A stretch of 64,000 bases of DNA from Adineta vaga (lineage: Eukaryota > Animalia > Rotifera), in assembly GCA_021613535.1 (NCBI GenBank), contig CP075497.1, positions 3,782,001-3,846,000 of the forward strand. The letters are read 5' to 3'. Shown one piece after another: positions 1-14,400 of the stretch. The notes beneath the pieces were generated by a model. It made no database searches. It was not told the origin of the DNA and worked only from the letters and a program-made list of their open reading frames with translations. Position 1 is the stretch's first letter. Each line of letters begins with the position of its first letter. The translations under genes were made by a program, and so were the position numbers.

Positions 1-254
1 ACGTTTAAGGTAAAAACTACTTGCGAGATTTTTTATTCTATTAACGTTTCATTTGAATAAAGCGTGTCAAATTTTATTTTCGATCGTCGTATGCCACTGT
101 TGTTTTTCAGGTGTCTTTAAAATAAGTGCATGTTTTTCGTAAACAAGGCTTACAAATTTCCTTCCCTCAGTTTGCTATTTCTTTTTTCGTCCTTGCTTGT
201 TTCACCTTTACATACATCTGTATATGTGAAATCACTAAATCACATTTCGATACC

Positions 255-3200
255 ATGGAACGACAAAACAGCAGCGACAGCAGCATCAGTAGCCATAGTA
301 GCAACGACGATGATTCTAATGTAGATTTATTGTTCTTTATCATTACAAAAACGTTTTCTCATGATTAATTAATATTTTCTCTTGTCGTTCTCAGGTTAGT
401 TTGGACGGTTCATCAACAACACCCGTATCCACAACGATGGATAAAGGATATTATCGACAAGTTCCAAATCGATTTTTTACCAATGAATCAAATACCGATA
501 CATGTAAATTGGAACGATTAACTAATTTATTTCCTGATATGAAAGCAACTATTGAATTAGGTATGTTTATGCAATGATTACATTAGGAAAAGGAAATAAA
601 AGATTGTGCTTTTTTCTCTTTTAAACTTAGAATTATTTAAAAGCAATAGTTTATCACGTACAGTGGATCGTCTTTCTCGTATTTATACTGTATTAACAGC
701 ACTCGATACACGTGATGATACTTTACATCTATTTCTTGGTCCATATCATTTATCGTTGGGTCCAGCTTTGTTTGCAGCACTTCATTTTAAAAATGCATCA
801 GCAGCATTACTTACTGCTTCACGTCCAATAACGACAGGCGGCGCTGGTGGTGGAACTGAAAGTCAACGACGTAAACGTCGACGTGAAAATGTTCTTCGTC
901 GATTTCGTCGTGCTGTACGAAAACTTACTCTCGTTAAATCTATTGTAGATCAACTTCGACCTGCTTCAGTACTAACACCCTATAATCAATATGAATTACA
1001 ACAAAAAGGAATCTATGATCTTGTATTAGCTGGACGTGTACAAAATGCTGATTCAATGTTCACAAGCGATGATTTTATTGAACAGTTAACGAAATTCGAT
1101 ACGGCATCTAATGCAGGAGAACGAAGTTCTTTATTAGCTTCTAATTATGTTAAAATAAATAATTTGCTCAATTTACTTTCTTCACCTCAACAACCATCAT
1201 CACAACAACAACAACAATATCCACAAACATACGAAAGTAATTCAACCACAGTAACAACAACATCAAAATCAACTGGAAATATAAGTCGTATTAAATCTAC
1301 CGAATCTCTTGTTAATGGAACCAATAACAACAATAATACTAATACTATTAATCCAGGAAACATACTAGATTCCGAATCATCCTGTTGTTCACTGCATCGT
1401 CCAACATCACCATTTATTATGTTTCCTGTAAATCAAACCGCTAGTCCTCAACCTAGTCAATCACTATCAACTAAACCTCGTTCACGAGCTAATAGCAGTT
1501 CAAATTTACTTAAAACACCAAATGTTCTCTCAAGACAAAGCACGGTATGTAACATATGTAAACAAATAGGCAGATAAACACGTTAGTGTAAAGAATATAA
1601 AACTTCATCGAGTAAATATATGTTTAATACTTTGAGGCTCATTTACTAGTGATTAAATTATATTTGTGTCTAGCGTACAAACATAATATCTATGACATTC
1701 ATAGATTTTTCTTTCCTATACATGTACATTTGAACAGAGATAAATGATCTTCTTTTGTCAATTAGATCTTTCTTTTCATATATATCTGTTCCGTTTTCTA
1801 TACAATTACGTCATCAGAAAGAAGAAAAAAAGAAAAGCTTGATCAAATAAGTAATAGTTTTCTTTTCCGTTTTTCTTTTACAATAGGCCAATAGTTTGCC
1901 TGACTCTTCAACTGGTGACGTTTCCACTTCAGATCTTCGTTCATCACCATCATTACTAATATCAGCGCAATCAAATCCTGTAAATATCAATTTAGATACG
2001 CCGACAAATCCGATTGTCGAACAACCTTTTCCATCATCTGATTCATCTTTTTCGCCATCGGCAACGAACGACGAAGATGATCTCATTAACCGTATTTCAT
2101 CACTGTTAACCAACCATTTGTTATCTCGTCAATCAACAAAAACACTATCGATAACAGCGAGTACCGCCCATGAACATGAAACAAATTCGAATTTAAGCGA
2201 TAGCGCTATATCGCTTTCAACTACGGGTACAACAGGAATTGTAAGTGGTGTTGTCACATCGAATCAATCGTCACCAACAATTGTCACCAACGAATTTGAT
2301 AAACTTTTTCAACGTATCAAGACTGCTGTTGATAACAGATTATCTATTGAAACAAATAGTAATAGTCGAATGCGTTCACCACAAAATAATAATACACACG
2401 ATTTGTCCGGCACTCTTATGAGATCAAAAACAATTAATCGTCGTCAACAATTACTTGCTTTACATGCTGTATCATGTCAAGAAGCACATACCGATGAATA
2501 TAATATCGAACGTTCGACATCAAGCAAATCGCAATATAAACTCGATCATTTATCGAAATCTCAATCATTCGATGCAAGTAACTTAAGTAAGTTTAATCAT
2601 CAAAGCTTTCTATCTACAACGTTAAAATTTCTAATCTCATACTAACAAGAATATGACTATGTACATAGATGTTTTGTTGCCTGTATGTATATACTTGTAT
2701 GTTTAAAGCTCAATAAGGGTATTGGTTGTAATTGCATGAATTACATGACGAGAACTAATGGTGATAGAGAAAATGAAAACACATGCATTAAACCAACATA
2801 ATTATTTCACGAATTTCTCATATATGTATCTATCTATCGATTTTTTTAGTCTTACGATCGTCAAAAATTGCGTCGAAATATAAGCCAGCCAGATCCTCAT
2901 CTTTGCATTAATTTTTATTCTTACATCATAATTTCCGTGTTTTTTTTTCGTTTTCAATATATATATATATATTCGATTTCTTTATACTCATATTTTATTC
3001 CTTCATACATTCGTTCTGTTAGTCAGTCGATAACAGTAACCTTGACTAGTGCCAGTATTTGATAAAAATCGATAACAGAAAACGAGTGCAACACATTGTC
3101 AACATACTATATATATATATGTTTTTAACAATACGACATTATCGGTTCTCCTTCGTTTCGGTTCTCGTTATAAATAAACCTATATAATCATAGAAAAAGC

Positions 3201-4977
3201 AGGGTACTAATTTCTTCTTCGTCATTCTTTTCTTTTTTAACTGTAGCACGGCAACAATACGTATGTATTGAAAGTAAGGAGAGAGAAGAGAAGAGAAGAG
3301 AGGGACAGAAAGAGAAAGAGAAAAGAAGGGAACGAACAAGGCGTCAAAAACGCCTATATAGACTAATTGTACCATCACATAAGGTAAGAACTCGTTTTAT
3401 TAGTGATGTGTATGTAAGAGATCAATTTTGATCAATGGATTGAAAAGTTTGAGCCATTGATTTTAAATACATTTTTACAATTACACAACCATCGACTTGA
3501 CGACAATAGAGTAATGAAGAAGACATATACATATGACATATTCGTCATCAATCTAGTGACGAAAACTTTCATCCTATACACATACATATAACTAAGCGAA
3601 TCAATCTGATGAGAACTATTATCTTTTTTCGATTTTTTTTTTCTTTGACCTTCCCTAGCTGTTAGTTAGATCCCATATGAATAAGTATCATGCCAGGTAA
3701 ATACATAAATATCTTTCATTTGTAGAGTAATCACAATCTCGTTGTTATTTCATGTTCTGTTTTTCTTTCTGGATGCTTGTATGCACTTATATTCGTGAGT
3801 TGTGCATTAGTCAATACTTTTGTTGCTTATGACATGTGTATATGTGAGCTCTCAGGTTGTAAAAAATTTATGTGCAAAACAAAGAAAAAAGTGAGCATTG
3901 TAACACGCACACATCAAGAGCAAAAGCATATTACGTATTATACTGTCATTGATCAACATTTTTCACTTAGTATTGAATATATGAGTAAAGAACAAAGAGA
4001 AAGTTAAGAAAAAAAGATGACGATTCATTTATCTTTTGCTTTTTATTTTATAGATAATCATGATGAGACAACGACACCTCTAGATAATAGTGATACTATC
4101 AATTCAATGGTAAAAATGTTAACTTTTCTATTTGTTTTGTTTGAAAAATAATAAATACATTTTAGACGACATATCCATCAAATGAAAAAGGTGTTCAAAC
4201 TGATCCTCGGATTCGACATGCTCGTTCTGTAAATGAATATTTACTTGTACAAACAAAAAATACAAATTTGAATTAATTTTTTTTTCATAGAAATTATTAG
4301 AAACATTACAAGCATATATAACTGCAGTCAGTCGTTTTCGTCAACATTTATATCGACAATATACAAATTCGAATTCTTATTATGATCAACATTATAGCAA
4401 TATGCCTGATCTACAACAATATGAATATCGAGATTTATTAAATGTTCGAAAAGAAATTCTTAATCGATTCGAATGGGTTATTAATGAACTTGAACAAACA
4501 ATTGGAAGTTTACAAACACGGCAATTATCAGTTGCTGATGCTCAACAACGTATCGATCGACCATTAGTTAAAGAAGTATGTTATATACAACTAATCACTA
4601 AGACTTTAATTAAGTAGACAATCTAGATTAGTTTTCTTATGTCAGGTGATTCCTAAGAGAATTGATTTTGTCTGGCATTTGTATAAACTATTTTGATCTT
4701 GTTAGGTAATCGAATCATCACTCAATGCCGATATACCACCTGTTGATGAACATCAACTCAAAGTAAATGATCGAAAACGCGCAATGCCAAGTGAAGATGA
4801 ATGGCGAATGTATGCACGTGATTTACAAGATACAAAAGATGATTTATATTATATTGATTCACTTGTTCATCGAGGTATTTCCAAGGTAAACTCTTTTGTT
4901 AGAAAAAAAGCACTCAATATGAAATTAATGAAATTTAGATTGATCGTTTGGTAACATTTACAAATCTCTATACATAA
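255..4977 (+). CDS. Uncharacterised multi-exon protein: Ser/Thr-rich disordered middle, basic amphipathic helix, C-terminal helical/coiled-coil region
   Basis: ATG 255 (MERQNSSD). Exons join in frame via GT-AG introns through ORFs 606-1577, 1896-2645 and 4402-4617, across a ~1.46 kb intron (~2588-4052), to ...TNLYT-TAA at 4975-4977. No family recognised. Confidence 0.7.
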
Positions 4978-5351
4978 ATAATTGCTCAAAAACTGATCTG
5001 GTTTGAATAAAGCAAAGAATTTCCTTCTTTTTTCTTCATTGTACAGTTAATTCTTTTAGTCAGTTTAGTTCTTGCGCACATACGGTGATATATTTTTGTT
5101 TTTATTTGTACCACTTCTTGAGTTTCTTCTTTTTTTTGTTCCTCTCTTCCATTCTATGTGTGTACTTTCGCCTCTATTAACGTTTTAATTTCAGGAAAGA
5201 AAAAGTATCTCTTACTTACAAAGGAAAAGAATATCATTTTAAACATTCCAGCACGTTTTCACGAAAAAGAAAAAACAAGAAAGAAAGACGAGTAATATAT
5301 CGAAGCACTATCGAAGTATAATTTGTGTGTACTTGTACGGATATTACTAAT

Positions 5352-6040
5352 ATGGGCACAACAGAATCGAAAGGTAATCATATAAATAGATCGAACAAAC
5401 ATCTTCCATATAAAATTGAAACATCAAGAAGTCATAAATATCAACAGAAAAAAAATGATTCTCATTTACCGATGAATGAAAATAGAAATTCATTGAAACG
5501 AAAAAATGAAACCATTTGTAAGTATTGAATTTCTTTATGAATAAAATAAAAAGAGAAAATCATTTTATAATTAGCGCCATTGGTAGTATCATCTCCATTA
5601 AATCCATCTCTTCATGGTTCCATATTAAATCATTCATTTCCTATGCAACGTTCTCATTCAGAAATTCAAATCGTTTCTTACGATCAACCACATAATGGAA
5701 TAAATCAGTAAGAAGAACGAAAAAAAGTAGGTCTCACTCTTTTCATTCTCTATTTTCAAGTAAAATTCATTCAAATCAATTCGATCTTGGCTCATATGAA
5801 CATCCGAAAGGTGCCTATGATTATCGAAGACATATGCAACGTGTTGATGAAGAAAATCGACCTGTATTAGAAGGTCTATGTCCAGATAAGATGTATGTTT
5901 CAACCAACGATTTACGTATATGTGATACTCAACGATTACCACCACCATTACATTGTAAAACAACTCAAGGTTTTTTTCGATCTATACCTCCGGCACAATT
6001 TTATCAAAAGAAAAATACGTTCAATACATCGCTTCTTTAA
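5352..6040 (+). CDS. Small 3-exon protein with an N-myristoylation-like start (MGTTESK)
   Basis: ATG 5352 with MGxxxS motif; introns ~5519-5574 and ~5727-5760; last exon is ORF 5834-6040. Confidence 0.55.
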
Positions 6041-6110
6041 TAAAACTCGCTACTTAAAATTTTATTAATTTTTCTTTTTCATTTCTCTAATAAATGTATT
6101 CTTGAATTAA

Positions 6111-6844
6111 TTAATTCGTTTTCCATTTTTCTAATTGTATTTCCATATTTTCTCGTGTTACTCGAAGACCATGCCAACCTTCTTTTTCAGTCAGATCAAC
6201 AGCACCAAATGATTTATAAAAGTCTATAGCCGTTGTATTCCAATCAAGTACATTAAAATTAAGTCGAGCACAGTTTGTTTCCACAGCGATCTAAACATTG
6301 AAACGATCAATTAGAATTCATATTTGAAATAGAAGTTTTACTTGATATGTTGCAGCAAAAAGTGCTTTTCCAATCCCTCGTTTACGAAAATCAACTTGAA
6401 CGTAAAGATCTTCCAGATGTAAACATTTGCCTTCCCATGTCGAATAAACATTAAACATCAAAGCAATTGCTACAATTCGAGCTGAAGATACTGAGGAATC
6501 TTTTGAGAAAAAAACGACTAGTTTTAAATCCTGTCTATATGTTCTTTACCTTCAACAACTAAACAGCTATATAAAGGATGTTCACCAAAACCATCTTGTC
6601 TAAGAACTAAATTCATAGAACGCTAAAGAATCGATTGAAATATCCATATATTTTACTTTCACTATTGATTCGAACTTGATCAGGATATTTTTCAAATACA
6701 GCCAATTCCTAAGTAGATAATCAATATACAATTTTTAATAGAAATTCTATTTACATTGATTAATCTCATGATATCATCACAATCGGTTTTCTCAGCATTT
6801 CGAATTATTAAATTTGATTCTAATTTTATAGGTTGTTTCAACAT
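6111..6844 (-). CDS. GNAT-family diamine/thialysine N-acetyltransferase (SAT1/SAT2-like), 5 exons; absent from the ORF track
   Basis: Manual translation: MLKQPIKLESNLIIRNAEKTDCDDIMRLIN/ELAVFEKYPDQV.../LRQDGFGEHPLY.../YSTWEGKCLHLEDLYVQVDFRKRGIGKALF/...FNVLDWNTTAIDFYKSFGA...; contains the SSAT motifs YSTW.G, LEDLYV, RxxGIG and VLDWN. Confidence 0.9.
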
Positions 6845-7058
6845 TTTCTCAATCGATTTGATAATAGTGATCTAAAGTTATAATTCATTCTACTTAGTTA
6901 AATCCTCAGTATTAAATCAGTCTTTACAATTCGCATTTCACACATTTTGTGTGTATACTTAACGTATTTATTACATTGTAAATGGTAGTTTAACGAAAAA
7001 AAACGAATCTTTATTCCATCCCATTCGATAAATAATAACACTCTGAAGGTAGACAATC

Positions 7059-7068
7059 AAAGATGGCG
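7059..7068 (+). promoter_or_regulatory. YY1-like motif AAAGATGGCG upstream of the GNAT gene
   Basis: Matches the AAGATGGCG core about 215 bp upstream of the ATG; motif match only. Confidence 0.25.
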
Positions 7069-8011
7069 CTCGATCGTTTTTAATATATCTTGTGCACGAG
7101 ATAACAAAGTCAGATGTTTTAATCACTGTTACCATCATAAAATTGGCACAGAATAAATTAATCGAAAACTTATAACTGTGAAGACAATATATTCATTTCT
7201 ATTGTCTTCAGTATTTGCATGAAGAAACACATTGAAAGAAAAAGACACAAATCAATCATCAATTGCCTATCTTATATCAAACAATATTTCATAGAGAAAT
7301 CTATTCATAGAAATTTTTCGATCATACGATATACATTTGAAATCTAATAAGTTTTGTTTTATAATAAAAATTGCATAAATTCATATAAGTTTTCGAGGTT
7401 AAAATTTTATTTAATCTTAGAAAAGATTTATTAACACAATTATTTCTTTGCATAACCAATCTTGTCCTTTGGCACTTTCATTTCGTGTATTATTCATCAA
7501 TTTGATGTTATATTTGCACTTATTGAAAAAGAGAAACGAAGAAAAAAAAAGAAATCTTGCTCTTTAATGATTGTTACAGGTAATGGAAGAGAATAGAAAT
7601 TCACATTTCTTCGCTTCAATACAAGTGATGGCCGATAAATATATACTTGTCTAAGAAGAATTATTGACTACATGTTCTCCAATCATAATTCATAGAGCGA
7701 GATGGGGAATATACACGAAATTTAAGAGAAGATGATAGAAAGAGAAAGGTAGAAACCTGATATAATGGTAAAAGTAATCAAGAATAGAACTTTATATCCT
7801 TTCTCAGTATATACTTGACAGAAAGAGAATGTGCATGAGTAATACAGATGAATATGTATAGAGAAAAGAAAAATGAATAAGAGAGAAAGAGAGAAAAAGA
7901 GAATTATATGTATGTTGACTTGACTATTTTTTTATTATAATCCAAGTACTTTTTTTCTCTAGATAAATTGCATATTCAATAGAACAATCATTCATTTTGC
8001 GTGTTACAACG

Positions 8012-8641
8012 ATGGCGATTAATAAAAAGCAGCAGATTCGTGGTGTACGAATTTTACTAACCGTTTTCTATGGATTTCTTCTTTCTACGATCTTATTTCG
8101 TTATATTATACATGGAATTGTTGAAACAATTCGACGACCAACCAATCCCTATGCTATTACAATGATTGTTCTTGGTGGTCTCATTCTTATTTCAATTGCT
8201 TTAGCTACATATGCAACATGGTATATTTTTCTAAGAAAAAAAAATCTTTTTTTCTATTAAACAAATATCTTGTTATTAAGGTTCGACAATACAGTGATCA
8301 TGTTGGTCTCTGGTGTTGTTCTTATATGTGTCTTTGTCTTGACACTTGTTTTCGGTATTGTTCGTATAATTAATACTGCACCACACCGTACGATTAGTGC
8401 AACAATTACACCTTCAGATGTAGCTTACAGTGATTCATTAGCAGATAAACTTCAACCTATAACATCAGATAAAGCTACAACTACTACTACTACAGATACA
8501 TATATTCTTGCTGAAGAAGTGACGAAATTAATTATTGAATTAGTTTCCATTCTATTTGCAATTCTTGGTACATTTGTTCTATTTCGTTATGTTAAAGGAA
8601 AATATGCTTCGGTACCAACAACAGAGTCAAAGCCAACATAA
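8012..8641 (+). CDS. Small four-TM membrane protein, 2 coding exons
   Basis: MAINKKQQIRG...; intron ~8221-8280 joins ORFs 7997-8260 and 8270-8641; four hydrophobic segments. Confidence 0.75.
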
Positions 8642-9285
8642 AAGAATTTTAATTAAAATAAACACGATATTTTTAACTTGTTTTCATTTGTTTCTTTTAG
8701 AAATTCTTTACTTAGTTCGATCTCATGAGAGAAAAAAAAACATATTTCATTCTCGATTTTGTTTTCAATAAATTTTACGAGCAAGATCTTCATCCTCTTG
8801 ATTCGAATACGAATGTTTGGCAACTAAACAAATTTATTCATGTTTAGACGTATATGTATATATGAAAAAGAGAGCAAAAAACGGCTATAATACATACAGT
8901 TAAACGAAAAGAAGAAACCGAAACATAAAGAGAACTGAGTAGGGAAAAAAAGAAACAAAGACACGCTGGTCGTAGTATGTCAATCGAAAGGAAAAAAAAG
9001 GATCAAACAAAAGCTGAACAAAGAAAAGAGAGAAGAAAACCAAACAAAAAAGAAGGAAAGAACAAATCTTTGAATATTTTTTGTGTTTTTTTTTCTGTAT
9101 AATCTGTTGTCTATCTACAGTTACAAGTATGTATATGTATTTATAAAAACAAAAACTAAACGAATGAACAAATAGAGAATGTAAATTGTTTTCTTTTTCT
9201 ATATCGTAAACAAAATATAATATAATATATATTCAATATGCAAAGTGTGACTTCGATTTATCTTTCTTAACAGTAGATCGTTTTC

Positions 9286-10582
9286 TTAGATTTGTTGTTG
9301 AATCATTCTCTTTAAATCTAAATGAAAAAGATTCAAATATGAAGAGAAGAGAAGATAAATAAATAAATACATACGAGCAAATTGAACAGAACATGCATGT
9401 AAACTATCACGTGCTAAATCAAGTTGTTTTTGTAATAATATAGATGTTGTTTGTAAATGCTGATTAAGAAAATTCATTTCATTACCCATCATTTGTAAGA
9501 CTTTTGATAGCTGAAAATAAATAAGATTTGCAAATCATCGTGTTTTTTGAAAAGATAAATTTATTTACATCATCAGAATTATCCTCGATATTTTGTAAAG
9601 TCATCGGTTGTTGCAATTGTGATTGCTGTTGTTGTTGTGGAAATATCCCGGACGCTGCTGTTTTTATAATCGTTTGTGGTTGTTGAATCTGTTGTGGTAG
9701 TTGTTGTTGTTTATTTCGATTCTTTTTACTCGATTTATTTGATGTTGTCGATTGTGTTAATTTATTTCCATCAAGTAATCCAACACGAGATTTTTTATTT
9801 GGTGATAATGGTTCATTTGTTGTATGTTCTAAATGATCATCGGAATCACGTTGACGTTTTATTGATGATGTATAATGTGCAATTGAATTTGTTAACTGTT
9901 GATTGAGTAAAATATTTTCTGGAATTGTTACAGAAAATTGTTGATTACTTAAAGTATTCGGATCATGTTCATGTTTAAAAAGTAAATTTTCTATTTCATT
10001 TGTATTTGTATGCGAGGATGATAAACCATTAACAACAAGTGTTGAAGATGGTATTGTTGAAAGCGATGGTAACGGTGGTTTTAGAATAGTATTTGTTGTT
10101 GTTGTTGTTGCTGAAGATGAAGAATGATTAGCAGATTCGGTCATTCGACGTTTTTCAAGACGTGCCATACGTAGTAGTGGTTTTCGATCGACTGGTGAAG
10201 CAATACGATGAGTTTTACGTAGATGATCGCTTAGATTAACTACCCACGTTTCACAATTTGGACACCTAAATATAAATGAATTAGTTAAATATAGGATTAT
10301 TAGAGTTTCTAACCTTAAACGAGTTTCATAATCATTTGTATGTATTTGTTGATTTGAATTCCCATCATCATTTGAAGATGATCGTTGTTGTTGTTGTTGA
10401 TGATGATTAGAATTCATTTGTGCTAGAGAAGATGTTGGAAGTGAATGTTGTTGTTGTTGCTGTTGTTGTTGGTGTAAAATTGTTTGCTCATCAAGTTGAT
10501 TATTGGGATGAAACGTAAATGTTGTTGGTAATGATGTTGCTAATGGAATATCCGGTAAAAGTGATTGAGAAAAATGAACCAT
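9286..10582 (-). CDS. Gln/Ser-rich protein with a single C2H2-like zinc finger and C-terminal coiled coil (putative nuclear regulator)
   Basis: CPNCETWVVNLSDHLRKTH motif; basic NLS-like patches; introns ~10266-10313, ~9512-9567 and ~9318-9373. Confidence 0.75.
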
Positions 10583-11496
10583 TTTTTAGTTGTTATTGTT
10601 TTTTCTAATTATACATCAATATCTGAATTGATAAAGAAAATAGAAATAAATCTCTAAGTTGTTCAACATTGGAGGAAAAAAAAGAAATAATTATTCATCA
10701 TTAGAATATGATTATAAATAGGAAAAAGAAAAAACAAAGATTTGATATGTTCTTACTGATAACAACAGGTTTTTTTGTATCGTAATGAATGTTTGAGAAA
10801 TTAATTAAATTTTTTTGCTTGAATAGGCAAATAAAAATGTGAAGAAATATTTTTTAGCGAATAGCTAACGTTGTTCGATAAGTCACTGCCACTCACTCAA
10901 CGAAAAATAGCAAAAAATCTTTTTTTTCTTTTATCTGCCATTGATGTATACCTCTTCAGTCTATAAGAAACATTTTCTTCAAGAATCTATTTCATTTCAT
11001 CGTTCTAGTAAAAATATTATGATATTAATCAAATGACAAAAAAATAAACAAACATATTAGACATATTCTATTCTTGTATAGATGTCGCCAGTTCATGGAT
11101 GAGAATTGTTTGTTGTAGTATATATATGTCATATTGTGAAATATTTCATCAAGATAAAAATAGTATAGCTAAAATTATTCATTTTAAACATCGAGTTAAG
11201 TGTATCCCGTAAAATCTCATTTTTGTTTAAGATTTATGAATATAAACAACAATCTTGATTGTTTATGATAAAAAAATAGAGTGTGAAAATAAATGATTTG
11301 CTTAATATTTTTTATTTACACACACAACGATATTGGAAAAAGTCCAATAATATTTCGTATTTTTCATATATGTATATAGTAGGAGAAAAAGGATTGAATT
11401 AAGAGAAGGAAAATCAGGAGAAGAAAACTTGTACAAAAAGAAAACGAAGAAAGATCATTAGAAAAGAGAAAATTTATGACACATTAACAGCTGATT

Positions 11497-14400
11497 TTAA
11501 TTGAAATAGAATCCTCGCTCTTTACATGCTGTCATCAGACGAAGTTTGAGAATTTCTTCATTTGAATAATCAGGTAATTTCAGATAATGATAACATGTGT
11601 TTACTGATGGATATGAATTATCATCGGCTTCGACTTTACGTGCAACAGCAAGACGTGGACGAAGATTTGCAAGACCTAAATTATATAATGAATATTTTAT
11701 TGACAAAAAGGGAATGAGAGAGAGAGAAACAAACCGCCAGGTGGTAATGATGAACAACCGGTAATAAATTGAACAACAGATTTTCTTTCAATACCATCAA
11801 GTTCCATCATAACATTAAGAAATTTGATAAATCCCGGACTAAAATAAAAAGACAAATAATGATTCGGAATTTATGATTAATTTAAACAAACCTTTCTCGT
11901 GTAAAACCATGACTAGGTTCAATATAATTTAATAAATCATCAAGTGTCCATGATGGCCATTGATTTCCGCAAAGAAGAAGTTTTAATTCATGTGGATTAA
12001 AACATCGTAAATGTTCAATTGGAAATACTTGATTAAATCCATCTACAAAGACACACATAATTCGTACATATACAATGTCTTTATCTTACTTCGAAATGCA
12101 TCTATTTGTCGATGTATTCCCTCTCGAAAAATGAATTCAAGAGATAATTTAACATATTGATCAATATTATCAATTGTCACATCCTACAGACAATCAATTA
12201 TGTAAAATTTTTTATAGATAATCATTTCTTACGATATGTGATCCATTCGGTATTAATTCAATCGATTGATAACCATATGTATTTGATGGTGGTAAGAAGA
12301 CAAATGTCAAACTATGCAGAAGAAGAAAAAAAACAATCAATGATAATGATAATGATTTTCCTTTTGAGAATAAACAAACCATAAATGTTCTAAATCAACT
12401 GGTTCATGATGTTCATTTTCGATTTTCAATTGTGAACATAGAATTCGTTTTTCTTCCATAGTTTTGCGATTATCATTCATAATCTTATTTCGTTTATCAA
12501 TTAATTGATAAAGTTGTTGAAAAAATTTACCACGTGATGGTTCAATATCAATCAAATCATTGATATCTAATACACCATCATACCATACGTGTGAATCATC
12601 TTCATATTTCGATTTCATACATAAAAGTTTCAGAAATGCAATTGATAATGGCATATCAATTAAATATTTATCTAATAAACATTTAGCAAAATAAATTCCC
12701 ATTAAGGAAAAATAATTGCAAATTTCATCAAGTTTAATATTTGTTTGATCATATGGAATTGGAAAAAGACCTTCTAATTTGTTTACATAAATTGTTTGAT
12801 GATGTTGATAATCATCATGATTCCACCATAGACCAAGTGTATGTTGTTGTAATTCACTTGCAATTAATGCATAAAATTCTAATGTTGGTCCGTCGCCTGT
12901 ACCTTCTTCATTTAGAAATTGAATTTCTAATTTTGCTTTGGAATTTGCATGATAATGAAATAAATTCATTGCATCACGAAGAATATGTTCACGATCGATT
13001 GGTGTTGCACGATCAATTTTTAAACGGCCTAAACGAAATTCTGGTACAAGTAAATTTGATGTTGAAGAAGAATTTTCATTTGGATTCGATGTAACACGAA
13101 ATGATGATAATGTTGTTGTTCCTGTTGTTGTTGAACCACCTAGTGGACGTAATAGACCACCTGTACGTGCTGTACGAATCAATTCATCACGACGTTCTTG
13201 TAACCAAACGATCGAACGTGATGTACCAAAACTTGTCGTACGAAAATATAATTGACGAGTTTCGAATGGATATAGAAATTTATAAGAATGTGTTAACCAT
13301 TCTGTCCAAGATGGTAAACTAGCAGATGCAATGATAATTGAGTCTTGAATTTGTTGTAATAATTTATTATTTAATTTTTTTGAATAGAAATAATTTTCAA
13401 ATGAAAGATTTTCATCTGCAAGATAATGTTGAGGATTGATTTGAATATGCGTGTTTAATAGATGATATAATTGACGGAGTAATTGAAGAATATCTTCAAT
13501 TGTGCAAACATCTTTTGGATCTGTTGAAGATGAGGATTGTTGGAGATTTTCATTGGTTGGTGAGACCATATCAAGATCAGTTAAATAGGAAGAGGAAGAA
13601 GATGGATGAAGTTTCTAAATAAAAGAAAAGTTTATTAAAGATAGTAGAAGGGATTTATCTCAAGATGATTTTTAATTATGAATGTTTTAACTACTTACAT
13701 CTGATTTGGATTCATCATCTAATTTTTCAGTATAAACAATTCTAGATAAAAGAAATAATTTTCATGAAAAAGAATGTTTTCTTTTAAAAGAATATTTACG
13801 TATATGTTGATTCAAAGATACGTTTAATACGTTCAGATCTTTGTGAAGATGGATATGGTTTGATTAACTGTTGAATATATTTAAAAATTGTTGCATCTGA
13901 ATCAGTCAATTCAATATCAATTTCTTTTAACTAAAATAGAAGGAATTCAATAATTAAAATTACAATTAAATTCTAATACATACTCCTGGAATTGTAGGTG
14001 AAGGTCCACGAAGATATAATGTCATATTAGCAGCAGCTGATGCATCAGCTGTTGATATTTGTTTCGATGATGTAGCTGGAATGGTTAATTCTAATTCCAA
14101 ATAATTCATCACAAAGAAATTTTTACCTTCTTTTGGAGTCATTGTCGTTGGTATAGAAATATCTTGAGTAGCATTAATATTTGTTCGACCTGGTCGTCCA
14201 TCAAAAGCCGGAAGTAAAACTATGATAAAATGAAAGAATAAAAATCATTTCAATGTATTCATGACATTTACCAGAAAATTGTCGTTTTAAAACAAAATCA
14301 TCATCCCAATTTCGACGTGTCATTGATTGTTGTTCACCATGAATTTGTTCTTGTAACTGTTCATCATATTCTTCTTCTTCCTAGAAAAGAAATCAAAAAC

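Noticed and set aside
3553-3620. GAAA ... CTGATGA, resembling a type II hammerhead ribozyme core
   Set aside because: Stems I, II and III cannot be formed convincingly, and there is no paired UH cleavage site.
6111-6844. GNAT gene as a possible horizontally acquired gene
   Set aside because: It has four spliceosomal introns and looks like the animal SAT family; HGT cannot be supported without a phylogeny.
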